Shown: in pieces, positions 28,465 to 37,716 of the stretch | How the letters are laid out: each line of letters opens with the position of its first letter | How positions within the stretch are numbered: the stretch's first letter is position 1 | NCBI GenBank assembly: GCA_963716185.1 | Contig: OY970295.1 | Location: 2,808,356-2,872,355, forward strand | From: Thermodesulfovibrionales bacterium | GTDB lineage: Bacteria > Nitrospirota > Thermodesulfovibrionia > Thermodesulfovibrionales > SM23-35 | DNA: 64,000 bases | Direction of reading: 5' to 3' | Notes under the pieces: generated by a model | What the model was told of the DNA's origin: nothing | The model's input: only the letters and a program-made list of their open reading frames with translations | The model's database searches: none | Made by a program: the position numbers and the translations under genes

Positions 28465-28650
28465 CTACTCCCCCCCAGCCTGAACAACAACCTTCCTATC
28501 CCTTTCCCGATTATCAAAATCCATGAAGACTATCTGTTGCCATGTTCCTAAAGTCAGTTTCCCTTTGATTATTGGGATTGTCAGGGAATGTGCGTGATGT
28601 CGAGGAAGATGAGGAATAGCATGTTTCTCAACCTGAAAAACACAACTCAC
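28465..28650 (-). pseudogene. C-terminal remnant of a YjbQ/UPF0047-family protein
   Basis: The 61-aa ORF ends ...HAHSLTIPIIKGKLTLGTWQQIVFMDFDNRERDRKVVV, which matches the family's C-terminal third. The N-terminal two-thirds are absent. Confidence 0.55.
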
Positions 28651-28718
28651 CCTTCGGGTAGTGTTAGAGGAAGTTACTGCTTCCTTCCTGTAACAAATGG
28701 GATCAAGAATTGATATAA

Positions 28719-28931
28719 TTGTGCGGAGTAGACATGGTAATAAATGTCGAGCATGAAATCGTCCCTTTTATATGTTCTCAGTGCGGTAAGAGCTTCAGTT
28801 ATGACCGCGGGGGGAAATGTAAAGTATGCAACAAATTGTTTTGTATAAGTCACTTACATCGAACCATCCTCGAAGGCCAGCTAATTTTTCTTTGCAAATC
28901 TTACAAGAAAACCATGAAAGAAAAAGAATAA
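28719..28931 (+). CDS. small zinc-ribbon protein
   Basis: CSQCGK...CKVCNK Cys pairs. The likely real start is the ATG at 28734. Confidence 0.4.
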   Translation: MCGVDMVINVEHEIVPFICSQCGKSFSYDRGGKCKVCNKLFCISHLHRTILEGQLIFLCKSYKKTMKEKE

Positions 28932-28949
28932 CGGCAATAACTCAAAGAT

Positions 28950-29550
28950 AGGTAAGCCACTGGTTTGACCAGTGAGACTATAAAAGGTTTGACCTTGCAG
29001 GATTAAGTAAGATAAACCTCCAGAGAGGCTTGACGGTAGTCAAAGTCTATCTGGAGGTTTATGGATAGTTACAAGAGATTAACACACTCGAAGTACGATT
29101 GTAAGTATCATGTGGTATTTGTTCCCAAAGGTCGGAAGAAAACGCTCTTTGGGAAAATCAGGAAGTATCTGAAGGGAGTATTTCACGAATTGGCGCGGCA
29201 GAAGGGATGCGAGATCATTTCTGGGCACATGGCGATGGATCATGTGCACATGTGTATTTCGATTCCGCCGAAATACTCTGTCTCAGAGGTGATAGGGTAT
29301 CTGAAGGGCAAGAGTGCAATAGCCGTGGCACGGCAATTTGGAGACAAGCAGAGGAATTTCAATGGAGAAAACCTTTGGGCTCGCGGATATGCTGTGTCAA
29401 CGGTTGGCTTTGAGCTGGACAAGATCAAGGAGTACATTGCCCATCAGGAAAAGCTGGACAATGAACAAGAAGAGGGCAGGTTTTAGTATAAACCCAAACG
29501 GCCGTCTTTGAGACGGCTCATAACCGTCAAGCCTCCCTCTTTGAGGGAGT
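28950..29550 (+). mobile_element. IS200-type insertion sequence (tnpA only) with terminal hairpins; boundaries approximate
   Basis: Left hairpin cactggt-ttg-accagtg (28958-28974). An 11-bp stem aaacctccaga/tctggaggttt (29014-29024 / 29050-29060) covers the SD next to the ATG. Right hairpins are gccgtct-ttg-agacggc (29501-29517) and ctccctc-ttt-gagggag (29533-29549). Confidence 0.8.
29061..29486 (+). CDS. tnpA: IS200/IS605-family Y1 (HUH) transposase TnpA
   Basis: 141 aa. YDCKYHVVFVPKGRKK, HMAMDHVHMCISIPPKYS (HUH) and WARGYAVSTVG (catalytic Y). Confidence 0.92.
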   Translation: MDSYKRLTHSKYDCKYHVVFVPKGRKKTLFGKIRKYLKGVFHELARQKGCEIISGHMAMDHVHMCISIPPKYSVSEVIGYLKGKSAIAVARQFGDKQRNFNGENLWARGYAVSTVGFELDKIKEYIAHQEKLDNEQEEGRF

Positions 29551-29553
29551 GTT

Positions 29554-29772
29554 ATGACTATCTTTGCTTTCGATGAAGGACAAGGGTTAAGTGAGCATAC
29601 TGCACCCTTTGATGCAATGGTCAATGTCATTGACGGTGAAGTAAAAATTATTATTTCGGGGAAGGATGACCTACTGAAGGAGGGGGAGTTTATTATAATG
29701 CCAGCAAATGAACCTCATTCCTTAAAGGCTGTAAAAAGGTTTAAAATGATCTTAACTATGATCAGGTCTTAA
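29554..29772 (+). CDS. cupin-domain protein, apparently N-terminally truncated
   Basis: 72 aa. EHTAPFDAMVNVIDGEVKIIISGKD...MPANEPHSLKA is the cupin_2 core. It begins 4 nt after the IS200 right hairpin. Confidence 0.55.
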   Translation: MTIFAFDEGQGLSEHTAPFDAMVNVIDGEVKIIISGKDDLLKEGEFIIMPANEPHSLKAVKRFKMILTMIRS

Positions 29773-29812
29773 ATCGTACAAGCGACAAATAAAAGAAATA
29801 TAGGTAGCCAAG

Positions 29813-30376
29813 ATGAACGATGAAGAAAAAACGAAAGAACAACTCATAAATGAATTGAAAGAATTGCGTGACGAACTTGCTTTTTTTAGAGCATTAAGTT
29901 CCGAAAAGATGCAAATTACAAGGGTATTAGAGGATTTTAAGGAGATATACGAGAATTTCTATAAATCCAATCCGCATCCAATGTGGATTTATGACCTCGA
30001 AACTCTCGCCTTTCTTGATGTCAACGATGCAGCTATAAAACATTATGGTTATTCACGGAAAGATTTTCTTTCTATGACCATCGAGGATATTCGCCCACCT
30101 GAAGATATCCCAGCACTTCTTGAAAATATCACAAAGGTTACTAAAGGGCTTGATGTAGCTGGCACATGGAGGCATATTAAAAAGGACAGAACTTTAATCT
30201 ATGTAGAAATCATCTCTCACACGCTGACTTTTGCAGGGAAGAAGGCTGAAATAGTTATGGCATTTAATGTCACCGAAAGAAAGCAGATGGAAAAAGAACT
30301 GAATGACTATAAGCAAAAATATGGTGAATTGCACCCTCCGTCTGATAACGATAATTTTATTGGTGGTTTAGCCTGA
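29813..30376 (+). CDS. coiled-coil + PAS domain protein without an output domain
   Basis: 187 aa. PAS core PHPMWIYDLETLAFLDVNDAAIKHYGYSRKDFLSMTIEDI...VTERK. No kinase or effector domain follows. Confidence 0.6.
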   Translation: MNDEEKTKEQLINELKELRDELAFFRALSSEKMQITRVLEDFKEIYENFYKSNPHPMWIYDLETLAFLDVNDAAIKHYGYSRKDFLSMTIEDIRPPEDIPALLENITKVTKGLDVAGTWRHIKKDRTLIYVEIISHTLTFAGKKAEIVMAFNVTERKQMEKELNDYKQKYGELHPPSDNDNFIGGLA

Positions 30377-30416
30377 AGATTGGTACTGCTTAATCTCGAC
30401 TTTATCGGACATTGTC

Positions 30417-30623
30417 ATGGCGATATGGGAAAAGGAAGTATCAAGATTCGATTGGCATTATAATGTGACCGAAGAATGTTACCTACTAAAGGGAAAAGTT
30501 GTTGTGGAGAGAAAGGACGGGAAGGTCGAATTCGGAGCTGGGGATTTCGTGACATTCCCTGCTGGGCTGTCTTGTGTATGGGATATAAAGGAACCTATTA
30601 GGAAACATTATAATTTCCGTTAG
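30417..30623 (+). CDS. small cupin (DUF861/cupin_3-like)
   Basis: 68 aa. EECYLLKGKVVVERKDGKVEFGAGDFVTFPAGLSCVWDI. Confidence 0.55.
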   Translation: MAIWEKEVSRFDWHYNVTEECYLLKGKVVVERKDGKVEFGAGDFVTFPAGLSCVWDIKEPIRKHYNFR

Positions 30624-30760
30624 TCTGATAGAATCAAAGGGGGATGGATGACCAATAAATGCGGGATAGAGATTTATAAATAAAATTGCCCTGAGTAAAG
30701 GGTTTAGAGAAAAATATGATGAGTAGAAGACAGACATGGAGTGACAATCAGTAATTTATT

Positions 30761-31951
30761 ATGATGATAAGGAAATCACTACTTTTAAAAATATTTGATG
30801 CAGCATATATGCAGAGATGGAATGATAAAGTTCGACCTGTAGAATTAAGCGAATTAGATAAACAGGCTCATAAGATGCTTATTGCATATTTCTTAGGTAA
30901 ATTTGATGAAGATTCAAAGGGGTTTAGCTGGATAGAGATTATTGAGGGTGGTATCTTTGAACTTTTACAACGACTTGTTATTACTGATTTAAAACCACCA
31001 ATTTTTTATAAGATAAAAGCAGACCCCATTAAATATAGACAACTCAATGAATATGTTTATGGAGAACTGGAATCTATAATATCACCTCTTGGCAAAGATT
31101 TTTGTCGAAAGTTTAAAGACTATTTTACAAATTCAAAGGAGAACCTAAATCAAAGAATTCTTGCTGCTGCTCATTTTTATGCTACCAAATGGGAGTTCGA
31201 TATTATAGAGCGTTCAAATCCTAATGGATACGAGATAGCCCAAATAAAGGAACGACTCCAGAAAAAACAGGAAGAATACTATGATTTAAAAGGCATGGAT
31301 CAATTGACTAACAATATAAAGTATAGAGATTTCATTGATCTGTGTGGTCAACTTAGATTTCAGCAAAGATGGTCTAATTTCCACAGAATACCTAAAACCT
31401 CAGTCATAGCCCATTCATTATTTGTTGCAATATTGTCCTATTTATTCTCCCTTTCAATAAACGCTTGTAAAAAAAGGTCTGTAAATAATTATTTCACTGG
31501 CTTATTTCATGACCTGCCTGAAGTGTTAACAAGGGACATTATATCACCTGTAAAAAGATCTATTGAAGGATTAGTGGACTTAATAAAGGAGTATGAAAAA
31601 GAGCAGATGAGGATAGAGGTTTATGGTTTGATTCCGAAGGAATGGCATAAAGAAATAAGAATGTTTACTGAAAATGAGTTCGAAAATGTTGTAACTATAA
31701 ATCAGAAACTAACTAAAACTACAAGCAAAGAAATGAACCATAAATATAATGTTGATAAATATAATCCGAGAGATGGAGACATTGTCAAGGCAGCCGATGA
31801 CCTCGCTGCATTTATTGAAGCTTATTCAGCGATAAGGAATGGGAGTTCGCATGAGCAACTCCACGAAGCAAAAATGTCCATTAAAAGCAACTATGATAAG
31901 GCAAGTGTTTCAGGAATCAACTTTGGTGAAATATATGCCGATTTTGATTAA
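30761..31951 (+). CDS. HD-superfamily hydrolase, YfbR-like (5'-deoxynucleotidase fold) with a degenerate N-terminal repeat
   Basis: 396 aa. The C-terminal half aligns by eye to YfbR: LRFQQRWSNFHRIPKTSVIAHSLFVA, GLFHDLPEVLTRDIISPVK, IVKAADDLAAFIEA. The N-terminus repeats the first motif (YMQRWNDKVRPVELSELDKQAHKM) but lacks the HD dyad. Confidence 0.6.
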   Translation: MMIRKSLLLKIFDAAYMQRWNDKVRPVELSELDKQAHKMLIAYFLGKFDEDSKGFSWIEIIEGGIFELLQRLVITDLKPPIFYKIKADPIKYRQLNEYVYGELESIISPLGKDFCRKFKDYFTNSKENLNQRILAAAHFYATKWEFDIIERSNPNGYEIAQIKERLQKKQEEYYDLKGMDQLTNNIKYRDFIDLCGQLRFQQRWSNFHRIPKTSVIAHSLFVAILSYLFSLSINACKKRSVNNYFTGLFHDLPEVLTRDIISPVKRSIEGLVDLIKEYEKEQMRIEVYGLIPKEWHKEIRMFTENEFENVVTINQKLTKTTSKEMNHKYNVDKYNPRDGDIVKAADDLAAFIEAYSAIRNGSSHEQLHEAKMSIKSNYDKASVSGINFGEIYADFD

Positions 31952-32089
31952 AGTAAAATCATTTAAGAATTAGATAGGCAAGCTTAATTGGAGGATTAAA
32001 TGAATGCAGAACGAGATAAGATATAAATCAATGTGTGAATTAATATGGTTTGTAACCGGGATTGATAATCTTTTATACGATTAACTGTT

Positions 32090-32386
32090 ATGTCTATAAA
32101 GGAATTTATAGCCTTAAGGGAAGATATTGACAAGCTTATTGAGGAGACAAGAGATTGGATTCATAAAAAATCAATTACAAAATCTTGTAACCGAATCGAA
32201 AAATGCACTGAATTGCTCAATAGTCTCAATAGCTTGGCATCAGGTGATGTTCAAAATAGAGTGGTTTCAAATAGAAGAAATGAAATTGAATATTTAGCTA
32301 AACAGCTTGATGGAATATTATCAAAAAAAGAGGCAGGCAAAAAGGAGGATGGAAATATTGCCAATAAGAGCAAAAGACTAACATAG
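32090..32386 (+). CDS. hypothetical coiled-coil protein
   Basis: 98-aa ORF with no recognised motif. Confidence 0.35.
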   Translation: MSIKEFIALREDIDKLIEETRDWIHKKSITKSCNRIEKCTELLNSLNSLASGDVQNRVVSNRRNEIEYLAKQLDGILSKKEAGKKEDGNIANKSKRLT

Positions 32387-32395
32387 TAAAACAAA

Positions 32396-32424
32396 AGTGC
32401 CTCCACCAAATTAGCAGAGGCACT
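32396..32424. terminator. hairpin between convergent genes (8-bp stem agtgcctc/gaggcact)
   Basis: Followed on the minus strand by a T-rich run (tttgtttt), so it fits a rho-independent terminator for the HU gene. Confidence 0.5.
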
Positions 32425-32439
32425 CCCGATTCCAATAGA

Positions 32440-32712
32440 TTATTTTACTGCATCCTTGAAAGCCTTACCCGCCCTAAATTTTGGAATCTTTCTGGCAAGA
32501 ATTTTTATCGCTTCTCCCGTCCTCGGATTCCTTCCAATCCTGGCTTTCCTTTTGCCAACGTGGAATGTTCCGAAACCGATAAGGCTCACTTTACTTCCCT
32601 TCTTCAGTGCCTTCTTGATTCCATCAATCAGGGAATCGAGTGCTTTTTCTGCTTCTTTCTTGACAATCTTTGCCTCTTGTGCCATTTTGTCAATGAGGTC
32701 TGTTTTCGTCAT
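32440..32712 (-). CDS. hup: HU-family DNA-binding protein (island copy 1)
   Basis: 90 aa. GFGTFHVGKRKARIGRNPRTGEAIKI arm motif. Confidence 0.92.
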   Translation of the reverse strand: MTKTDLIDKMAQEAKIVKKEAEKALDSLIDGIKKALKKGSKVSLIGFGTFHVGKRKARIGRNPRTGEAIKILARKIPKFRAGKAFKDAVK

Positions 32713-32838
32713 ATATGCCTCCTCTTGATTGTTATGTAAAATTATATCAACTTCTTATTGTAAATCAACTGCATTTGTAAATTGTTCGATATATCATCAA
32801 TAATTAGTTATCATCAAAGATTAAGAGGCTATCCAATA

Positions 32839-34182
32839 ATGAAAGTTGGCAGAAATGACCCATGCCCCTGTGGGAGTGGTAAGAAATATAAAAAGTGCTG
32901 TCTCAGTGAAACCTATACCGAGGTGGGCAAAGAAGATTCTATTAGGGCAAGGCTCGTTGAGGAACTTCTTGGGTTCTTTAATAAGAACTATCTATACACC
33001 TTGGAAGATGCCGAGTTGCTGTTCTGGGATGACTTCATTCCAGAGGAGCATCTTCAAGGTATCACCCTTGATATAGCATACCAGAACTTCTGGGAGTGGC
33101 TTGTTTTTGACCACATGATTGATGTGGATAATGAAAAAACCCTCGTAGACCTGTATATGGAGAGTAAGAAACTATCCATAGATGAGCATAAAGTCTTAAG
33201 CATGATGAAAAATTCAGTTATAAGCCTTTACGAGGTTCAAGAGGTATTCCCTGAGAAAGGGCTATTGTTGAAAGACCTTCTAATAGGTGGAGAATATGAC
33301 GTAAGAGAAAAGTCTGCCACAAGAAGTGCCAGAAAATGGGACATCTTTGCTGCAAGACTGTTTCTTGTTGATAACACCCATATCATGAGTGGTTCTGTCT
33401 ATCCCTATAATTTACGACAGAAAGAAAGGATACTTGAGGACATCCATGCAGAGTTTAAGGATTACAAACAAGAAAAGGGTCCCGATGCTTCTATGGATGA
33501 TTTCTTAAAGTATAACAGCGAATACTTTAACTTCTATTGGTATGACTCAATCCAGAACCCTATCCCAATAAAATTGCATACGACAAGCGGGGAGCCATTA
33601 TTGTTTTCAAAGGCAATATTTGAAATAGGAAACAAAGAGGCTGTTTTGGATGGATTAGCAAAGATTAAGGGCTTTGAACAGGAAAAGGATAATTTTGTGT
33701 GGTTTGATAAACGTGACAAGGAAGGGAGTGCCACGATTCTCGGTAGGGCTGAAATAAAGGGCAACAAACTAATACTGGAGAGCAATTCTAAGGAAAGGAT
33801 AGAAGAGGGAAAGAGGCTTATCCTTGAGGCTTTATCAGATGCCGTTATCCACAAGGTAGACACTTTCCAAGACCCTATGGAAGCAATGAAATCGTACAAG
33901 GAGAGTCACACTGAGGGACCCGTAAATGAACTGCCGATGGAAATCCAACAGCAATTCTACACCGAATTTATGCAAAAACATTCTGAAAAGTGGTTAAGAG
34001 AGAAAATCCCTGCCCTGAATGGCAGAACCCCTATGCAAGCCGTAAAGACAGAAGAAGGCAAAAGAAAGGTCATTGAACTATTGAAATACATTGAAAACTC
34101 AGAGGAACATAACAAAAGGGAAGGCAGACCCTTTTATGACATCTCATGGATGTGGGAGAGGCTTAAGATTGAGAGAGAGTAG
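32839..34182 (+). CDS. protein with N-terminal SEC-C zinc-binding motif, function unknown
   Basis: MKVGRNDPCPCGSGKKYKKCC at the N-terminus, from the ATG at 32839 (track ORF starts at 32782). The C-terminal ...IPALNGRTPMQAVKTEEGKRKVIELL resembles antitoxin-type helical domains. 447 aa. Confidence 0.7.
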   Translation: MKVGRNDPCPCGSGKKYKKCCLSETYTEVGKEDSIRARLVEELLGFFNKNYLYTLEDAELLFWDDFIPEEHLQGITLDIAYQNFWEWLVFDHMIDVDNEKTLVDLYMESKKLSIDEHKVLSMMKNSVISLYEVQEVFPEKGLLLKDLLIGGEYDVREKSATRSARKWDIFAARLFLVDNTHIMSGSVYPYNLRQKERILEDIHAEFKDYKQEKGPDASMDDFLKYNSEYFNFYWYDSIQNPIPIKLHTTSGEPLLFSKAIFEIGNKEAVLDGLAKIKGFEQEKDNFVWFDKRDKEGSATILGRAEIKGNKLILESNSKERIEEGKRLILEALSDAVIHKVDTFQDPMEAMKSYKESHTEGPVNELPMEIQQQFYTEFMQKHSEKWLREKIPALNGRTPMQAVKTEEGKRKVIELLKYIENSEEHNKREGRPFYDISWMWERLKIERE

Positions 34183-34185
34183 GCA

Positions 34186-34500
34186 GTGAAACCGAAGAAA
34201 CCCAGAAAATCAGATCCATTCAAAGGCATGAAAAAAGTCATCCCCATCAGACCCCCTGAGAAGGAATTATCCTTTGAGGAGAAAGTTGAGAAGTTCGGAG
34301 AATACATGCATGATCCCGAACAGCACGGCAAGATATTCAGTGAGATGGGCTTTACCTATGTTGAAGATGGTTGTGGAGGTAATTGTGAAATCTGTGAACA
34401 AAAAGCCGACTGTACTGTTTACGAATCCGTTAAGGATTTTGAGATGTCCATAGAGAAAGAGAAGAAGACAAGAAAGGTAGTGCCTTTCAAGAAGAAATGA
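34186..34500 (+). CDS. hypothetical protein with a CGGNCEICEQKADC cluster
   Basis: 104 aa with a GTG start 3 nt after the upstream stop and lysine-rich termini. Confidence 0.5.
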   Translation: MKPKKPRKSDPFKGMKKVIPIRPPEKELSFEEKVEKFGEYMHDPEQHGKIFSEMGFTYVEDGCGGNCEICEQKADCTVYESVKDFEMSIEKEKKTRKVVPFKKK

Positions 34501-35090
34501 AAACCGCCATAGACCACAAGATAACCAAGCTGATAACAATGAGGGAGGACGTGGCGAAGGGAGAGGTCTTCCTGATTACTCGTTTGACCTCATTAAAAAG
34601 TATCTTTGAAACGAAAGCACAGGTGAATGATTTTGCATCCTACATAAGCAGAAAGACCCTATTGAGGATCGGTAAAACAAAACCCAAATATATTGATAAC
34701 TGGGAACAGGATAAAAAACTTATAAAAATTGCTATTACTACGGTTAGAAAGTATCTTGCCAACCCAAAGCAAGCCAGTACCGCTGAGTTAAGGGATGTTC
34801 TATATCGGTTAGAAAAGATTCAGGGATGGGGCAAGAATCCCTGGTGGTCGGGTCAATTGAGGATCATCAACAACTGCTATGCCCTAATCCTTGAAGATGC
34901 TTTATGCTGTATATTAGAGAAAGATATAGACGGCAGAAAAATATATGACATTGCAGCTCATTATGTACTGGCTTTTTCCAATAGTTTCGAAGGAGACATC
35001 ACAAAAAAATCTTTGCCCTATATAGATGATATCATCATATATCTGAGAAAGAACAACAAAACAATTAAAGCTATTACAACAAGAGGTTGA
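34497..35090 (+). CDS. hypothetical protein
   Basis: 197 aa. The start overlaps the upstream stop by 4 nt (ATGA). Confidence 0.5.
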   Translation: MKTAIDHKITKLITMREDVAKGEVFLITRLTSLKSIFETKAQVNDFASYISRKTLLRIGKTKPKYIDNWEQDKKLIKIAITTVRKYLANPKQASTAELRDVLYRLEKIQGWGKNPWWSGQLRIINNCYALILEDALCCILEKDIDGRKIYDIAAHYVLAFSNSFEGDITKKSLPYIDDIIIYLRKNNKTIKAITTRG

Positions 35091-35091
35091 G

Positions 35092-35853
35092 ATGGCCCAT
35101 ACAGGAAGAAACGATCCCTGCCCTTGTGGGAGTGGGAAGAAATACAAAAACTGCTGTCTGAATAGAAGTGGAAGAGACTATTTTGTCGAAAATATTAATA
35201 TAAGCAAGACAAGAGGGGATGATGACATTATTCCTGTAGACACGGTAATTGATTACGGGCAACCATTTACTGATGAATCTTTTTTTAATACCAACAGTGT
35301 GCATGAATTGTCAGGACCTCGATTACTTTATTCGCTGATCCTCAACCCCCATGTTGAGGAGTTAGCACATAAAGCAGTTCGTGGGTTTCTTAATAGAGGC
35401 AAAGAAGAAATGGATCGAATTATAAATGCTGATGATGTAAAGTCCCTGATAGAAATAATGAGGAGGAATCCAGACCCGATAAACCATGTACCACTCATGA
35501 AAAAGCTTGTAAGGTATAAGGAAGAGGCTGTGCCAATGATTCTTCGGGAACTTAAAGAGCCTCAAAATGATTCATTTGTAGAGCTTTCAGCCAGAATACT
35601 ACACAAGGCTGGAACAAATTACTCGAAGGATATTATTGATATTATTAAATCAGGCAACAACAGAAGAGCTTATGTAATTTCAGTGCTGTGTGTTCTGCTC
35701 GGTTTCTATGATAATGACGAATCTGAAAAACTGTTGTGGGATTACTATCATTGCATGAAGAATACATACCCGAATAATACCTATTCTGACGGTCCGTTGT
35801 TGGGCTTGAAAGAGATACGAGAAAGAAGAAGGGAAAAGGCATCCCTGAACTAA
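35092..35853 (+). CDS. second protein with N-terminal SEC-C motif
   Basis: MAHTGRNDPCPCGSGKKYKNCC. 253 aa. Starts 1 nt after the upstream stop. Confidence 0.7.
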   Translation: MAHTGRNDPCPCGSGKKYKNCCLNRSGRDYFVENINISKTRGDDDIIPVDTVIDYGQPFTDESFFNTNSVHELSGPRLLYSLILNPHVEELAHKAVRGFLNRGKEEMDRIINADDVKSLIEIMRRNPDPINHVPLMKKLVRYKEEAVPMILRELKEPQNDSFVELSARILHKAGTNYSKDIIDIIKSGNNRRAYVISVLCVLLGFYDNDESEKLLWDYYHCMKNTYPNNTYSDGPLLGLKEIRERRREKASLN

Positions 35854-35889
35854 TAAGAGAATATACTTAGGAGCGGGATTACCTTTGCC

Positions 35890-36303
35890 TTAAAATCCCA
35901 ACAATTCGGCGGTAATAGTTTTTGCAATATTGTCTTTTGGCATTCCTTTGCCCACATCATCCTGTATTCTTCTGTGCACTACGGCACATAACATCTCGAT
36001 ATTTTCTTTGTTATTTCCCCTGATATCCTCAAGAAGTGCCTTGTTCCCTGTCAAAAAGTTCTGAAGAGCTTCACTGGGAAAATACTTCTTGGTAGAGGTT
36101 ACAAAGTTATCAATGGACTTTCCGACAGCAATGGACGTACAGAGCATTATCGTCAGAAAGGAATAGAACTGAATTGTCTGTTCATCTCCGCTATCCTTGG
36201 CAATGTTCAATTGGATTTCTTCAAGAAGGTCTTTCTTGAACTCGGCAACAGTACAATCAGCCTTCCCGTTTCTGACATCTTCAGGCGTAAAATCCCATTT
36301 CAT
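35890..36303 (-). CDS. hypothetical protein
   Basis: 137-aa ORF, co-oriented with and 42 nt downstream of the second HU gene. Confidence 0.45.
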   Translation of the reverse strand: MKWDFTPEDVRNGKADCTVAEFKKDLLEEIQLNIAKDSGDEQTIQFYSFLTIMLCTSIAVGKSIDNFVTSTKKYFPSEALQNFLTGNKALLEDIRGNNKENIEMLCAVVHRRIQDDVGKGMPKDNIAKTITAELLGF

Positions 36304-36345
36304 AGGTTTATTAAAAAGTATTAAGGTCAGAGATAGATAAAATGC

Positions 36346-36618
36346 CTACTTTACTGAATCCTTGAAAGGCTTCCCGGCTGAAAATTTGGGTACTTTCCGA
36401 GCTGCAATCTTTATAGTTGCCCCAGTCTGAGGATTCCTTCCTGTCCGTGCTTTTCTTTTTGACACTGAGAATGATCCAAAGCCAACAAGTACAACCTTAT
36501 CCCCCTTCTTCAGAGCCTTAACAATGGAATCAATCGTTGCATTCAATGCCTTGCCTGCGTCAGCCTTTGAGAGTAAAGCTTCATTAGAGATTTTTTCAAT
36601 CAATTCTTCTTTTGTCAT
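36346..36618 (-). CDS. hup: HU-family DNA-binding protein (island copy 2)
   Basis: 90 aa. [26 protein letters not shown]. 58/90 positions are identical to copy 1 in my hand alignment. Confidence 0.92.
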   Translation of the reverse strand: MTKEELIEKISNEALLSKADAGKALNATIDSIVKALKKGDKVVLVGFGSFSVSKRKARTGRNPQTGATIKIAARKVPKFSAGKPFKDSVK

Positions 36619-37091
36619 AGAGTCCCTCCTTCAATATTGGTTGAGAGAAAGTATATCAAGAAGAAAGAATATAAACAAAAGGGGGAGAGCGGATCTTCCC
36701 GAAACTATTCAAGTTAAAAGAGGCTGGTGCGGTTATCGTGGGTTACCGATCGAGAGGGGAAAATTCCGCAGGGGCGTAAAATTACGTTTTCGTTAAAACT
36801 GGATCAGGGAAAAATTTTAAAATTTTGGCTACCTTCAAACTGGGGAAAAGCCGTTCTCCCGCTTTTTACTTTTTTGCTAAAGCAAAAAGTTCCCGAAATC
36901 TACCAAAACAAATTCGTTGACCTGCCAAAAGTATCTAAAAGACTGTGCCCCTTTTTGTGCCCCCTTAGCATGGAAAATAAGAGAAAATAATAGACACATT
37001 AGACACAATAGAAACTATAGAAATGGCTTAAAATAAGGCTTTGAAGGGAGACCAGCCACTATCAACGTTTTACAGAAAATCGCTTATTCGT

Positions 37092-37149
37092 CCTCTCAAG
37101 GCTAAAACACGGGTTCGAATCCCGTTGGGACCGCCAATAAAATCAATGA
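37092..37149 (+). repeat. att copy B: perfect 58-bp repeat of the tRNA-Glu 3' segment (island I / island II junction)
   Basis: cctctcaaggctaaaacacgggttcgaatcccgttgggaccgccaataaaatcaatga is identical to 24869-24926. Confidence 0.9.
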
Positions 37150-37716
37150 CTTACAACGTTTCTGCCTGTATCTTCTCATCTAAACGTGAAGAAAACGTGA
37201 AGTTGAGCTTCGACATTGCACTTCTCAACGAGTCTACATTGAGGTGTGCTAAAACCGTCAGTATTGCTCTCCTCCGAACAGAGAATAGGTTCCTGCTGTC
37301 CGTCAAAGAGGGTTCTCATAGTATCTTTTATCGCTTCATAAGTTCGAAATAATGTGCCGAAACAAATAGAATAGGATAGTCACCACTGAAAGAAAAACCA
37401 TACCCGAGACAGATAATATTCCTCTTAGAACATTTCTTAGATCTTCTACGGAGAGGCGTCCGGCCCACAGCAGTTGTATGAATGGCCACAGTATGTGCGG
37501 CGTTAGTTTCATCCTAATACGCATTTTGAACATGGGTCATTAGGTGAAGATTATTCTCGGAAATGTGCAGTCGAGGGGTTGCCGCGTTTGTGACTTCCGC
37601 CTATCGATACAGGTGATAAAATAAAATATATATCATATGGTCACAAGACTATCAAAGATTTCCTTGGGCACGGTAAAGATGGAATAGAATATAACGTTTT
37701 CAGTACCGGATCGCAT

